Assembly (NCBI GenBank): GCA_009835735.1
Contig: VXWX01000076.1
Coordinates: 420 to 64,419, forward strand
DNA: 64,000 bases
Source of the DNA: Acidimicrobiaceae bacterium
Lineage (GTDB): Bacteria > Actinomycetota > Acidimicrobiia > Acidimicrobiales > Aldehydirespiratoraceae
Direction: 5' to 3'
The translations under genes were made by a program, and so were the position numbers. Of the stretch, positions 53,842 through 62,602 are shown in pieces. Position 1 is the stretch's first letter. The number at the start of each line of letters is the position of its first letter. The notes under the pieces were generated by a model. That model did no database searches, was not told the origin of the DNA, and was given only the letters and a program-made list of their open reading frames with translations.

Positions 53842-55074
53842 GTGGACTTCGATCTACCCCCCGACGACGATCCCCGCCGAACCGAGGTGCGGCGGTGGAT
53901 TGTGGAGCACCCGAATCCCACCGGTAAGCAGCTGGCCGAGGCCGGATACGTGGTTCCCCACTGGCCCCGGCCGTGGGGGCTGGAGGCCGACGGGCTGCAC
54001 CAACTCGTCATCGACGAGGAGCTCGCCGCCGCCGGGGTCAAGCGGCCCGACAACCTGATCGGGATCGGCTGGGCCGCACCCACGATCCTGGCCGCCGGCA
54101 CTCCTGAGCAGAAGGACCGCTACCTGTGGCCCATCTTCAGCGGTGAGGAGTACTGGTGCCAGCTCTTCAGCGAGCCCGACTCCGGATCGGACCTGGCCTC
54201 GCTGTCCACCCGGGCCGTCCGCGACGGCGACACCTACGTGGTCAACGGCTCCAAGATCTGGTCCAGCGGAGCCCACCACAGCAAGTTCGGGATCCTCATC
54301 GCCCGGACCAACCCCGACGTGCCCAAGCACAAGGGCATCTCCTACTTCATCTGCCCCATGGACGCCCCCGGCGTGACTATGCAGCCCATCGTGGACATGA
54401 CCACCGCCCACTCGTTCAACCAGGTGTTCTTCGACGACGTGCGGCTGCCGGCCGGCCTGCGTGTGGGCGCCGACGGCGATGGCTGGCGCCTGGCCAAGGT
54501 GACGCTGGCCAACGAGCGGGTCGGTCTGTCCTCGGGCGGGGTGCTGTGGAGCTTGGGCCCCACAGCCCAGAAGCTGATCCAGCTCGTCAAGAGCAACGGA
54601 GGCGTGTCCGACCCGGTGCTGCGCGACCGCCTGGCCTCGGTGTACTGCGAGGCTGAGGTGCTCCGGCTCAACCAGCTGCGCACCCTCAGCGCCCGCCTGG
54701 CCGGGCGGACACCGGGACCCGAGGCGTCGATCCAGAAGATCATGTCCGACGACCACGGTCAGAGAGTGATGGAGGCGGCCGCGGCCACGGTCGGCGCAGC
54801 CGGCCTGCTCACCGGCTCGGGGCCGGCAGGCGAGATCCCCAAGTCGATGCAGACGGGCGCCACCGAGGTCAACTTCCCCCGCGGCGGCGGCCATTTCCCC
54901 GACGTCGATCCCATCTGGCACTACGGCCTGCTGTTCTCACCGGCTCTCACGTTGGGGGGCGGGACGTTCGCGGTGCAGCGCAACATCGTGGCCGAGCATG
55001 TTCTGGGCCTTCCCCGCGAGCCGAGCGTGGAAACCGGCCTCACCTGGAGCGAAACCCAGCGAAGGCGCGCCTAG
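53842..55074 (+). CDS. Acyl-CoA dehydrogenase family protein
   Basis: 410 aa, GTG start. 'WCQLFSEPDSGSDLASL' and 'VVNGSKIWSSGA'. Confidence 0.85.
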   Translation: MDFDLPPDDDPRRTEVRRWIVEHPNPTGKQLAEAGYVVPHWPRPWGLEADGLHQLVIDEELAAAGVKRPDNLIGIGWAAPTILAAGTPEQKDRYLWPIFSGEEYWCQLFSEPDSGSDLASLSTRAVRDGDTYVVNGSKIWSSGAHHSKFGILIARTNPDVPKHKGISYFICPMDAPGVTMQPIVDMTTAHSFNQVFFDDVRLPAGLRVGADGDGWRLAKVTLANERVGLSSGGVLWSLGPTAQKLIQLVKSNGGVSDPVLRDRLASVYCEAEVLRLNQLRTLSARLAGRTPGPEASIQKIMSDDHGQRVMEAAAATVGAAGLLTGSGPAGEIPKSMQTGATEVNFPRGGGHFPDVDPIWHYGLLFSPALTLGGGTFAVQRNIVAEHVLGLPREPSVETGLTWSETQRRRA

Positions 55075-55119
55075 CGTGGGGACTGGTCTCACCTTCATCC
55101 AGACGCAGAGGAGGCGGTT

Positions 55120-56265
55120 GTGAAGACCCGCATCACCGAAATGCTGGGCATCGAGTTCCCTGTCGTCGCCTTCAGCCACTGCAGCGACGTGGTGGCCGCG
55201 GTGTCCAAGGCCGGTGGCATGGGAGTGCTGGGAGCGGTGGCCCACTCGCCGGAGAGCCTTGAGATCGACCTGGAATGGATCGAGGCCGAGGTCGGCGACA
55301 AGCCCTACGGCGTGGATGTGATCATCCCCGCCAGCCTCTCCGGCGGCCCCGACGGTGGATTCACGCTCGACGACGTCCGCCAGCTCATTCCGGCCACGCA
55401 CGCCGACTTCGTGGACGAGATCCTGGCCCGCTACGACGTGCCGCCGCTGCCCGACGACGATGGCTCGGACTCGCTCACGTCCTTCGGGAGTCTCGGCGAC
55501 GTGACGCCGTTCTCGGCCGACGCGGCCGGCGCGCAACTGGAGATCGCACTGGCCCACCGGGGCGCTTTCGTGGCTAACGCGCTGGGCCCGCCGCCGCAGT
55601 ACATGATCGATGCGGCCAAGGACGCCGGCAAGCTGGTTGGCGCCTTGGCGGGCCGGGCGGTGCACGCCGAGCGCCACCAGGCTGCTGGAGTGGACATCAT
55701 CATCGCCCAGGGATACGAGGCCGGCGGCCACACCGGCGAGATCGGCTCCATGGTGTTGATCCCCGAGATTGTCGACGCCGTGGACCTGCCCGTGCTCGGG
55801 GCGGGAGGCATCGGCCGGGGGCGCCAGATGGCAGCAGCCCTGGCGCTGGGTGCCGAGGGCGTGTGGTGCGGGTCGGTGTGGCTCACCACCGTCGAGGCCG
55901 AGACCCATCCGGTGGTGAAGGACAAGATGTTGACGGCCACATCGTCGGACACGATGCGATCGCGCTCTCTCACCGGCAAGCCGGCCCGGATGCTCAAGTC
56001 GGCCTGGACAGAGGAATGGGACCGCGACAACACGCCGGACCCGCTCGGCATGCCGCTGCAGCCGGTGCTGATCCGCACCGCCCAGCGCCGTATCGAGCGG
56101 GCCGCTCACACCGCCGGTTCGGGCGCCGAGAAGCTGGCCAACTACTTTGTCGGCCAGATCGTGGGCACCATGAACCAATCCAAGACCAGCGCCCAAGTGG
56201 TGTACGAGATCATCGAGGAGTTCATCGACTCGGTGGAGTCCCTGGCCGGCCAACTGGAGGCCTGA
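55120..56265 (+). CDS. Nitronate monooxygenase / NMO-family FMN oxidoreductase
   Basis: 'GIEFPVVAFSH', 'AQGYEAGGHTGE', 'AGGIGRG'. GTG start with GAGGAGG SD. Confidence 0.8.
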   Translation: MKTRITEMLGIEFPVVAFSHCSDVVAAVSKAGGMGVLGAVAHSPESLEIDLEWIEAEVGDKPYGVDVIIPASLSGGPDGGFTLDDVRQLIPATHADFVDEILARYDVPPLPDDDGSDSLTSFGSLGDVTPFSADAAGAQLEIALAHRGAFVANALGPPPQYMIDAAKDAGKLVGALAGRAVHAERHQAAGVDIIIAQGYEAGGHTGEIGSMVLIPEIVDAVDLPVLGAGGIGRGRQMAAALALGAEGVWCGSVWLTTVEAETHPVVKDKMLTATSSDTMRSRSLTGKPARMLKSAWTEEWDRDNTPDPLGMPLQPVLIRTAQRRIERAAHTAGSGAEKLANYFVGQIVGTMNQSKTSAQVVYEIIEEFIDSVESLAGQLEA

Positions 56266-56301
56266 GCGCAGCAGCTCGCGTCGAGGTACGGGGATGAGAC
56301 A

Positions 56302-57498
56302 GTGACTGCAGGACCACGGGGCGTGGGGGGCCGGTACTTCGTCCAGAATCCCGGGCCCACCAACATTCCCGACCGGGTGCTTGAGGCCTTCCGTCGGCCC
56401 GCGGTCGACTTCGCCGATCCCGACTTCATCGCGCTGGCCGACAGCGTCTGGGCCGAGTTGCCAGAGGTGTTCGGCGGGGCCGACGAGATCGTGGTGCTGA
56501 CCACGGTGGGCCACGGCGCCTGGGAGTCGGCCTTGACCAACACCCTCGATCCCGGCGACGCGGTGCTGATCCCCGACTGCGGGCTGTTCGGCAAGCGCTG
56601 GGCCATGATGGCGCGGGACCTCGGCTACGAGGTGGTGTCCACGTCGGAGCATCTGCAGAGCCCCACCGACCCCGCCGAGATCGCCGACATCCTGATGGCC
56701 GACACGGCCCACCGCATCCGCAACGTGTGCATCGTTCACACCGAGACCTCCACCGGCGCGGTCACCGACTTGGCCGCCATGCGGGCCGCCATCGACGCGG
56801 CCGGCCATCCGGCGCTGTTCGTGGTGGACGGGGTGTGCTCGCTGGGCATCGAGCCGCTGCGGATGCGCGACTGGGGGATCGACGTGGTGGTGGCCGCGGC
56901 CCAGAAGGGCCTGATGATGCCGCCCGGCCTTGCCTTCTGCGCGCTGAGCGAGCGGGCCCTGGAGCGCAACCGCTCGGCGTCCACCCCCCGGTTCCATCTG
57001 GCGTGGGCACCCCGCTTCGAGAGGGGCCACATCTACATGCGGTTCGGCGGCACCCCGCCCATCCAGCACATGTTCGCCCTTCGGGCGGCGCTCGACATGA
57101 TCGCTGAGAACGGTGGGATCGACGCCTCGGTGGCCCGTCACCGCCGCTGGGCGGCAGCGGTGCACGCCGCGGTGGACGGTTGGGCGTCGGGCGGCCCGTG
57201 GGAGATCAACATCGCCGAGCCCAAGCACCGCACTGCGGCCATTACCTGCGTGCGGACCGGCGACGTCGCTGCCGGTCCGCTGATCGACATGGCCCGGGAC
57301 CGCTTCAGAGTCAGCGTCGGATCGGGGATGATGAGCTCGCTGGAGGGCCGGACTTTCCGCATAGGCCATCTCGGCGACCTCAACGAGCCAATGCTGCTCG
57401 GCGCTCTGGGCGGCCTGGAGACGGCCATGACGGTGCTCGGGCTGCCCCACGGCCACGGCCTGCCCGCCGCGGTCGCGTCCTTGGCCTCCACCGCCTAG
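56302..57498 (+). CDS. Class V pyridoxal-phosphate aminotransferase (serine/alanine-glyoxylate type)
   Basis: 398 aa. 'HTETSTG' and PLP-Lys context 'AAAQKGLMMPPGL'. Confidence 0.8.
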   Translation: MTAGPRGVGGRYFVQNPGPTNIPDRVLEAFRRPAVDFADPDFIALADSVWAELPEVFGGADEIVVLTTVGHGAWESALTNTLDPGDAVLIPDCGLFGKRWAMMARDLGYEVVSTSEHLQSPTDPAEIADILMADTAHRIRNVCIVHTETSTGAVTDLAAMRAAIDAAGHPALFVVDGVCSLGIEPLRMRDWGIDVVVAAAQKGLMMPPGLAFCALSERALERNRSASTPRFHLAWAPRFERGHIYMRFGGTPPIQHMFALRAALDMIAENGGIDASVARHRRWAAAVHAAVDGWASGGPWEINIAEPKHRTAAITCVRTGDVAAGPLIDMARDRFRVSVGSGMMSSLEGRTFRIGHLGDLNEPMLLGALGGLETAMTVLGLPHGHGLPAAVASLASTA

Positions 57499-57512
57499 CC
57501 GGCGTCCCTGCG

Positions 57513-57558
57513 AATTGGCAGCGTACGGTGCCCTATAGGGCACTAACTGCTGCCAGTT
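57513..57558 (+). repeat. REP-like nested-hairpin repeat, copy 7
   Basis: AATTGGCAGC gtacg GTGCCC TATA GGGCAC taact GCTGCCAGTT. Lies between convergent genes. Confidence 0.85.
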
Positions 57559-57567
57559 CCCGCGCCC

Positions 57568-58161
57568 CTAGGCCTGAAGCAGCGTGGCCACCAGAGCCCG
57601 GAGCTCGGTGATGCCAGTTCCCTTGGAGGCGCTGGTCCACTGGACCGTGCCCCGGTCGGTGCCGAGCTTGGCCGCGAGTTCGCTCCGGCGGTTGCCGCGG
57701 CGGGACGGGCGTACCTTGTCGGCCTTGGTGGCCACGTAGGTCACGGGGAGTCCCAGCCCGTCCAGCCATTCGACGGTCTGGAGGTCGAGGCCGGTGGGAC
57801 CGATCTCGCCGTCGATGAGATGGAGCACGCCCCTCAGCGGCTCCCGGTGGGCGAGGTAGCCCTCAGCCATGGAGCTCCAGCGGTTCTGCTCGGCCTTGGA
57901 CGCCTTGGCGTACCCGTAGCCGGGCAAGTCCACCAGCCACAGTCCCGAGCCTTCGGCACCCAGTTCGAAGGCGTTGATCAGCCGGGTGGCGCCGGGGGTC
58001 TTGGACGTGCGGGCCAGCTGCTTGCGCTGGGCCAGCGCGTTGAGCAGCGACGACTTGCCCACGTTGGACCTCCCCACCAGAGCGATCTCGGCCACCGTGG
58101 CCGGCATCTGGCGAGCGTGGGGGAAGGACGACACGAATCGCAGCGCCAGTGGCCCAGCCAT
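57568..58161 (-). CDS. engB: Ribosome-biogenesis GTPase YihA/EngB
   Basis: 'GRSNVGKSSLLNAL', 'DLPGYGYA', 'TKADK'. Confidence 0.9.
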   Translation of the reverse strand: MAGPLALRFVSSFPHARQMPATVAEIALVGRSNVGKSSLLNALAQRKQLARTSKTPGATRLINAFELGAEGSGLWLVDLPGYGYAKASKAEQNRWSSMAEGYLAHREPLRGVLHLIDGEIGPTGLDLQTVEWLDGLGLPVTYVATKADKVRPSRRGNRRSELAAKLGTDRGTVQWTSASKGTGITELRALVATLLQA

Positions 58162-58209
58162 CCGATCAGGCTACGTGTGTGGTTGTAGCTGGGGGTTGCA
58201 GCCGCGGTG

Positions 58210-58995
58210 TCAGGTCTGGTGGTCGGGGCACCAGTAGGTGGTGCGGCCGCCCACCTGTTCGCGGCGCAGAGCCGCCCCGTCGCGGGGGCAGCCGCCACCC
58301 CGCTCCCGGCCTGGCTGGAGGTCGCCCGTGTGGGAGCCGCCCCGCTCGCCGAGGACGGCCAGCGTGCGGCGAACGTTGCGATGCAGCCGGGCCGTCTCCC
58401 GGGCATCCAGGGATCGGGCTTCCCGGACGGGGGACAGGCCGGCCCGCCACAACGCCTCGTCGACCAGCAGGTTGCCGAGCCCGGCCACCCGCCGCTGGTC
58501 GAGCAGCCGGGCCTTGAGCGCCACCGTCGAGTCGCCGAGCGCCTTGCGCAGCTGGCCGAGTGTGAGCGACAGCGCGTCCGGGCCCAACTTGCTCTCGTCC
58601 GGCTCGAGCTGAACGCCGCCCAACCGCCGAGGGTCACGCAGCACCATGGCGCCCCCGCCCTCAAACTCCAGCCCAAACCGGTCCCAGGCCGGCTCGTGGC
58701 GGGGGCTGTCGTACAGCAGATGGTCGATGGGCATGGCCCCGTCCACCACGATCTTGCCGGTCATGCCGAACCGCAGCCCCAGCCGCGGGCCGTCGGTGTC
58801 GACGATGACGAGCTTGCCGATGCGGCGGGCCTCCTCGATGCGGGCTCCGGTCAGCTCCAGGCGCAGCGCATCGGTGGTGGTGCCGTCCTTGGCAAACCAT
58901 TCATCGGGAGCGTGGACGCGTGCGATCGTGCGCCCCTCAGTGGCCGAGATGGCTCTGCGGTAGGCCTCCACCTCGATGATCTCAGGCACCGGCAC
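58210..58995 (-). CDS. Fpg/Nei-family DNA glycosylase (divergent N-terminus and zinc finger)
   Basis: 261 aa. 'MPVPEIIEVEAYRR', 'RRIGKLV', H2TH-like 'LLDQRRVAGLGNLLVDEALW'. C-terminal 'CPRD-x16-CPDH' has canonical zinc-finger spacing. Confidence 0.8.
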   Translation of the reverse strand: MPVPEIIEVEAYRRAISATEGRTIARVHAPDEWFAKDGTTTDALRLELTGARIEEARRIGKLVIVDTDGPRLGLRFGMTGKIVVDGAMPIDHLLYDSPRHEPAWDRFGLEFEGGGAMVLRDPRRLGGVQLEPDESKLGPDALSLTLGQLRKALGDSTVALKARLLDQRRVAGLGNLLVDEALWRAGLSPVREARSLDARETARLHRNVRRTLAVLGERGGSHTGDLQPGRERGGGCPRDGAALRREQVGGRTTYWCPDHQT

Positions 58996-59019
58996 GGACC
59001 CTTCGACGGGCTTGTCCGG

Positions 59020-59961
59020 TCAGCCGGCGGCGAGCCAGGCGTTGATGGCCTCGGCCAGAGCCGGGCCCTGGTCCTCCTGGATGAAGTGGCTGGCCGGCTC
59101 GAACTGGGCGTGGGGCTGGCCGGCCGCGCCCGGGATCCGCTCGGTCATGAAGGGCTGCAGGCCGCCCAGCACCGGGTCGCCGGGCGCCCACAGGGTGAGC
59201 ACCGGCTTGGTCCACTGCTCCAGGACCGTCCAGGCGGCCTTGTTGGCGGGTACGGCCGGGTCGTCGGGCGAGACCGGCACCAGCAGCGGGAACTGGCGGG
59301 CACCGGCCATGTACAGCTCTTCGGGGAACGGCGCCCGGTAGGCGTCGAGGGCGGCCTCGCTCAACTCGTTGGCGGTTGCGTTCTCGACCAGCCGGCCGCA
59401 GTCCAGGAAGGGGACGTCCTGGCTGAACTGCCGCCAGAAGTCGAAGCCGGCGCCGGGGGAGTCGCCCACCGGGAGGGCGGTGTTGGCCAGGATCAGCCGG
59501 TCGATTAGGTCGGGGTTCTCCGCCGCCAGCCGTAGGCCGATCAGGCCGCCCCAGTCCTGGCCGAACAGGTGCAGCGGCCCGTCGCCCCGCTCGACCGCGG
59601 TCGCCTCCACGAAGCCGCGCATCCACTCGACGTGTCCCGCATAGGTGCAGGCCGAACGCTCGACTGGCTTGTCGGACCGGCCGAAGCCGATCAGATCCGG
59701 CACGAGCACCCGGTGCCCGGCACCGGCAAGCACCGGGATCATCTTGCGATACAGGTAGCCCCAGGTCGGCTCGCCGTGCAGCAGCAGGATCGTGGCCGTA
59801 CCGGCGTCCGAAGAGTCCGGGCCGGCGATCACATATGCCATTCGCAGGCCGTCCACGGTGACGTATCGCGGCTCGTAGGGGTAGTCGTCGATGGCGGCGA
59901 AACGCTCCTCGGGCGTGCGCACGAACACGGTGCCGTCAGGAGCGGTAAGGGTCTCGGTCAT
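59020..59961 (-). CDS. Haloalkane dehalogenase-like alpha/beta hydrolase (HLD-I type)
   Basis: 'LHGEPTWGYLYRKMIP', nucleophile elbow 'GQDWGG', 'ASHFIQED'. Close by eye to DhlA-type enzymes. Confidence 0.75.
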   Translation of the reverse strand: MTETLTAPDGTVFVRTPEERFAAIDDYPYEPRYVTVDGLRMAYVIAGPDSSDAGTATILLLHGEPTWGYLYRKMIPVLAGAGHRVLVPDLIGFGRSDKPVERSACTYAGHVEWMRGFVEATAVERGDGPLHLFGQDWGGLIGLRLAAENPDLIDRLILANTALPVGDSPGAGFDFWRQFSQDVPFLDCGRLVENATANELSEAALDAYRAPFPEELYMAGARQFPLLVPVSPDDPAVPANKAAWTVLEQWTKPVLTLWAPGDPVLGGLQPFMTERIPGAAGQPHAQFEPASHFIQEDQGPALAEAINAWLAAG

Positions 59962-59997
59962 GGCCCGACGCTAGTGGCGCTGGAGCGGAGGGGGCGC

Positions 59998-61389
59998 CTA
60001 GCTCAGCGGCCGCTTCACGCTCGCGCCGTCGACCCACACGTGGATGATGTCATCGGCGGTGGCCAGGCGGACCACCTTCTCGAAGATGCGAGCTTCGTCG
60101 TCGATGCCGTCCCACAGCCGAATGGCTCCGCCTGGCCGGTCGGTCCGCACTGCCATGGCGTCGAAGCAGCGACCCGGCTCTATGAGCCCCACCGGCAGGT
60201 CGACGACGGCGGCGCCTCCGGCCGTAGCCAGCCAGAAGGCGGTCACGGTGTCGATGCGGGACTCGGGCACGCCCCGATCCGTTGCGCCGAGGGCGGGGTC
60301 GACGCCGTCCTCCAGCATGCGGGAGACGGTGACCGCGTCCTGGCAAACGCCCAGCAGGCCGGGGCGAGCCCCGCCGGCGATGTCGCTGCCCAGCCCCACG
60401 CCCAATCCGGCGGTCAGTGCTTGCCGCACACCGAACACCGCGTTGGCGAAGTAGGCGTTGGACAGCGGGCAGTGGGCCACGCCCGCACCCCGCCCGGACA
60501 CCAGGGTCATCTCGTCCGCCGTCAGGTGGTCGCTGTGAGCCAGCACGGTGCGCGGGCGGACGAGGCCGAAGCGGTTGAGGGCGGCGGAGTCACTGACGCC
60601 GAAGCGGTCGAGGGCGTAGTCGCAGTGCCAGTCCGACTCCGCGCAGTGCGTCTGTACCCGCACCCCGGTGGCCGCGGCCAATTCTCCCAGTCCCTCCAGC
60701 AGAGCGTCGGTGCAGGCGGGAGTGAACCGAGGGGTGATGATCGGCTCTACCAGCGGGCTACCCACGGCTGTCACGGCATCTATGGATGCCGCCGACGCCT
60801 CGACGCCGTCGCTGGCGGTCGCATCCCGGTACCACTCGGGGGTGCCGACCGGGTGGTCCATGGCCACCCGGCCCACCAGGGCCCGCTGGCCGTGGCGGGC
60901 GCAGGCTCGGGCCAGGGCGGTGGTGGCCTCCAGATGGTTGGACGAGAAGTAGACCGCGGTGGTGGTGCCCATAGCCAGCAACGACGGCACCAGGTCGTCC
61001 CAGACGACCGAGGCGAACCCGGCGTCGGCGTAGCGAGCCTCGAGCGGGAAGGTGTAGTCGAACAGCCAGCGCTCCAACGGCAGGTCGAGCCCGGTGCCGA
61101 GCTGGGGCCACTGGGGCGCATGGATGTGAAGGTCCACCAGCCCGGGCATAAGGAACGTGCCCTCGGCCAGGTCCACCCGCTCGTCTGCCGCATCAAGCGC
61201 GGCCCCTCCCGAAGCCGCTCCCTCCGAGGTGGACCGGTCGTGCACGGCGGTGATGGTCCCGCCGCCGTCAACCTCCACCACGGCGTCGATCACGGTCAAG
61301 CGGTCGCGTGCCGGTGTCTGCATCAGCGTTCCCGCCACTGCCAGTGTCACGGCGCCACCGTACTCATCGCGCACCGACCGGATCGGCAA
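59998..61389 (-). CDS. Amidohydrolase, guanine deaminase-like
   Basis: 463 aa. 'GLVDLHIHAPQWPQLG...LERWLFDYTFPLE', 'HCAES', 'GLGSDIAGG'. Confidence 0.65.
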   Translation of the reverse strand: MPIRSVRDEYGGAVTLAVAGTLMQTPARDRLTVIDAVVEVDGGGTITAVHDRSTSEGAASGGAALDAADERVDLAEGTFLMPGLVDLHIHAPQWPQLGTGLDLPLERWLFDYTFPLEARYADAGFASVVWDDLVPSLLAMGTTTAVYFSSNHLEATTALARACARHGQRALVGRVAMDHPVGTPEWYRDATASDGVEASAASIDAVTAVGSPLVEPIITPRFTPACTDALLEGLGELAAATGVRVQTHCAESDWHCDYALDRFGVSDSAALNRFGLVRPRTVLAHSDHLTADEMTLVSGRGAGVAHCPLSNAYFANAVFGVRQALTAGLGVGLGSDIAGGARPGLLGVCQDAVTVSRMLEDGVDPALGATDRGVPESRIDTVTAFWLATAGGAAVVDLPVGLIEPGRCFDAMAVRTDRPGGAIRLWDGIDDEARIFEKVVRLATADDIIHVWVDGASVKRPLS

Positions 61390-61408
61390 CCGGCCGTTGC
61401 GCCGAGTC

Positions 61409-62422
61409 TCAGGCCAGCAGTTCGGCGAAGACCTCGATGGCGGTCTCGATGTCGTCGGCAGAGATGTCCAAGTGGGTGACGAGTCGGGACTGTGAACCGG
61501 TCCAGCGGGTGAGAACGCCGCGGTCGGCGAGCGCTTCGCTCAGGTCCGGGCGATTGCCTCCCGCTTCATCGTCGAGGCGGATGAACACCATGTTGGTGGC
61601 ACACGAATCGATCTTCACGCCGTCGATAGCGCCCAATCCCTCCGCCAGGCGGGCCGCGTTGGCATGATCGTCGGCGAGGCGCTCAATGTGGTGCTCCAGC
61701 GCGTAGAGGCCGGCGGCCGCCACGATGCCGGCCTGGCGCATCCCGCCCCCGAGCATCTTGCGCCATTTGTGCGCCTCGTCGATGAGGTCTGCCGGCCCGA
61801 CCAGCACTGATCCAACCGGTGTGCCCAGACCCTTCGACAGGCACACCGACACCGAGTCGAACGGCGCGGCCACCACCGCTGGCGAGACCCCTAGCGCCAC
61901 CGCCGCGTTCCACAACCGGGCCCCGTCGAGGTGATGGGACAGGCCGTGGCGGGCGGCAACCTCAGTCGAGGCCTCCATCTGGGCCAGGGTGAGCACCTTG
62001 CCGTCGTTAGTGTTCTCCAGGCACAGCAGGCGCGTGCGGGCGAAGTGGTGGTCGGGGGCCTTCACAGCCGCCTCAGCCGCGACGAGGTCGATCATGCCGT
62101 CGTCACCGGTGGGCACGGGCTGAGGCTGGATGGAGCCGAGCACCGCCGCGCCGCCACCCTCGTACATGTAGGTGTGGGCATGGTTGCCGACGATGTACTC
62201 GTCGCCGCGCCCGCAGTGGGCGAGCAGCCCGCAGAGGTTGCCCTGCGTACCGCTGGTCACGAACAGGGCGGCCTCCTTGCCGAGCAGCGCCGCGGTGGTC
62301 TCCTGTAGCTCGTTGACGGTGGGGTCCTCGCCGTGCACGTCGTCGCCCACGGCGGCTGATGCCATGGCTGCCCGCATGGCTGACGTGGGCTTGGTGACGG
62401 TGTCGGAGCGAAGGTCGATCAC
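61409..62422 (-). CDS. ltaE: Low-specificity L-threonine aldolase
   Basis: '[11 protein letters not shown]', '[15 protein letters not shown]', PLP-Lys 'CLSKGLG'. Confidence 0.85.
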   Translation of the reverse strand: MIDLRSDTVTKPTSAMRAAMASAAVGDDVHGEDPTVNELQETTAALLGKEAALFVTSGTQGNLCGLLAHCGRGDEYIVGNHAHTYMYEGGGAAVLGSIQPQPVPTGDDGMIDLVAAEAAVKAPDHHFARTRLLCLENTNDGKVLTLAQMEASTEVAARHGLSHHLDGARLWNAAVALGVSPAVVAAPFDSVSVCLSKGLGTPVGSVLVGPADLIDEAHKWRKMLGGGMRQAGIVAAAGLYALEHHIERLADDHANAARLAEGLGAIDGVKIDSCATNMVFIRLDDEAGGNRPDLSEALADRGVLTRWTGSQSRLVTHLDISADDIETAIEVFAELLA

Positions 62423-62458
62423 AACGACAGGCTACGGCCCACCGGCCGGCTCGCCCAG

Positions 62459-62504
62459 AATTGGCAGCGTCTTGCCCCCTATGGGGTGCGTTCTGCTGCC
62501 AGTT
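62459..62504 (+). repeat. REP-like nested-hairpin repeat, copy 8
   Basis: AATTGGCAGC gtct TGCCCC ctat GGGGTG cgttct GCTGCCAGTT. Confidence 0.85.
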
Positions 62505-62530
62505 CGGGATGGGGATGGCACTCCGTGATG

Positions 62531-62576
62531 AATTGGCAGCGTCTTGCCCCCTATGGGGTGCGTTGGGCTGCCAATT
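62531..62576 (+). repeat. REP-like nested-hairpin repeat, copy 9
   Basis: AATTGGCAGC gtct TGCCCC ctat GGGGTG cgttgg GCTGCCAATT. Starts 72 nt after copy 8. Confidence 0.85.
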
Positions 62577-62602
62577 CGGCTGGGAGCGCCGGTCGGCAGC
62601 GC

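Noticed and set aside
54937-57543. Very long antisense ORFs. This one is 868 aa. Others include 1630-3789(-), 4703-6085(-), 30225-32165(-), 41261-43654(-), 37105-38448(-), 59569-61479(+), 44781-46265(-) and 8697-9584(-).
   Set aside because: Each lies opposite a gene with clear family motifs. Their translations are Arg/Gly/Pro/His/Ala-rich with no recognisable domains. Long stop-free antisense frames are expected in high-G+C DNA, so I treat them as compositional artefacts.
62459-62576. Mini CRISPR array (two 46-nt repeats separated by a 26-nt spacer), also at 23012-23129.
   Set aside because: There are only two units. The repeats are longer than typical CRISPR repeats and the spacers shorter. 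The 'spacers' at the two loci are related to each other, singleton copies exist elsewhere, and there are no cas genes or leader.
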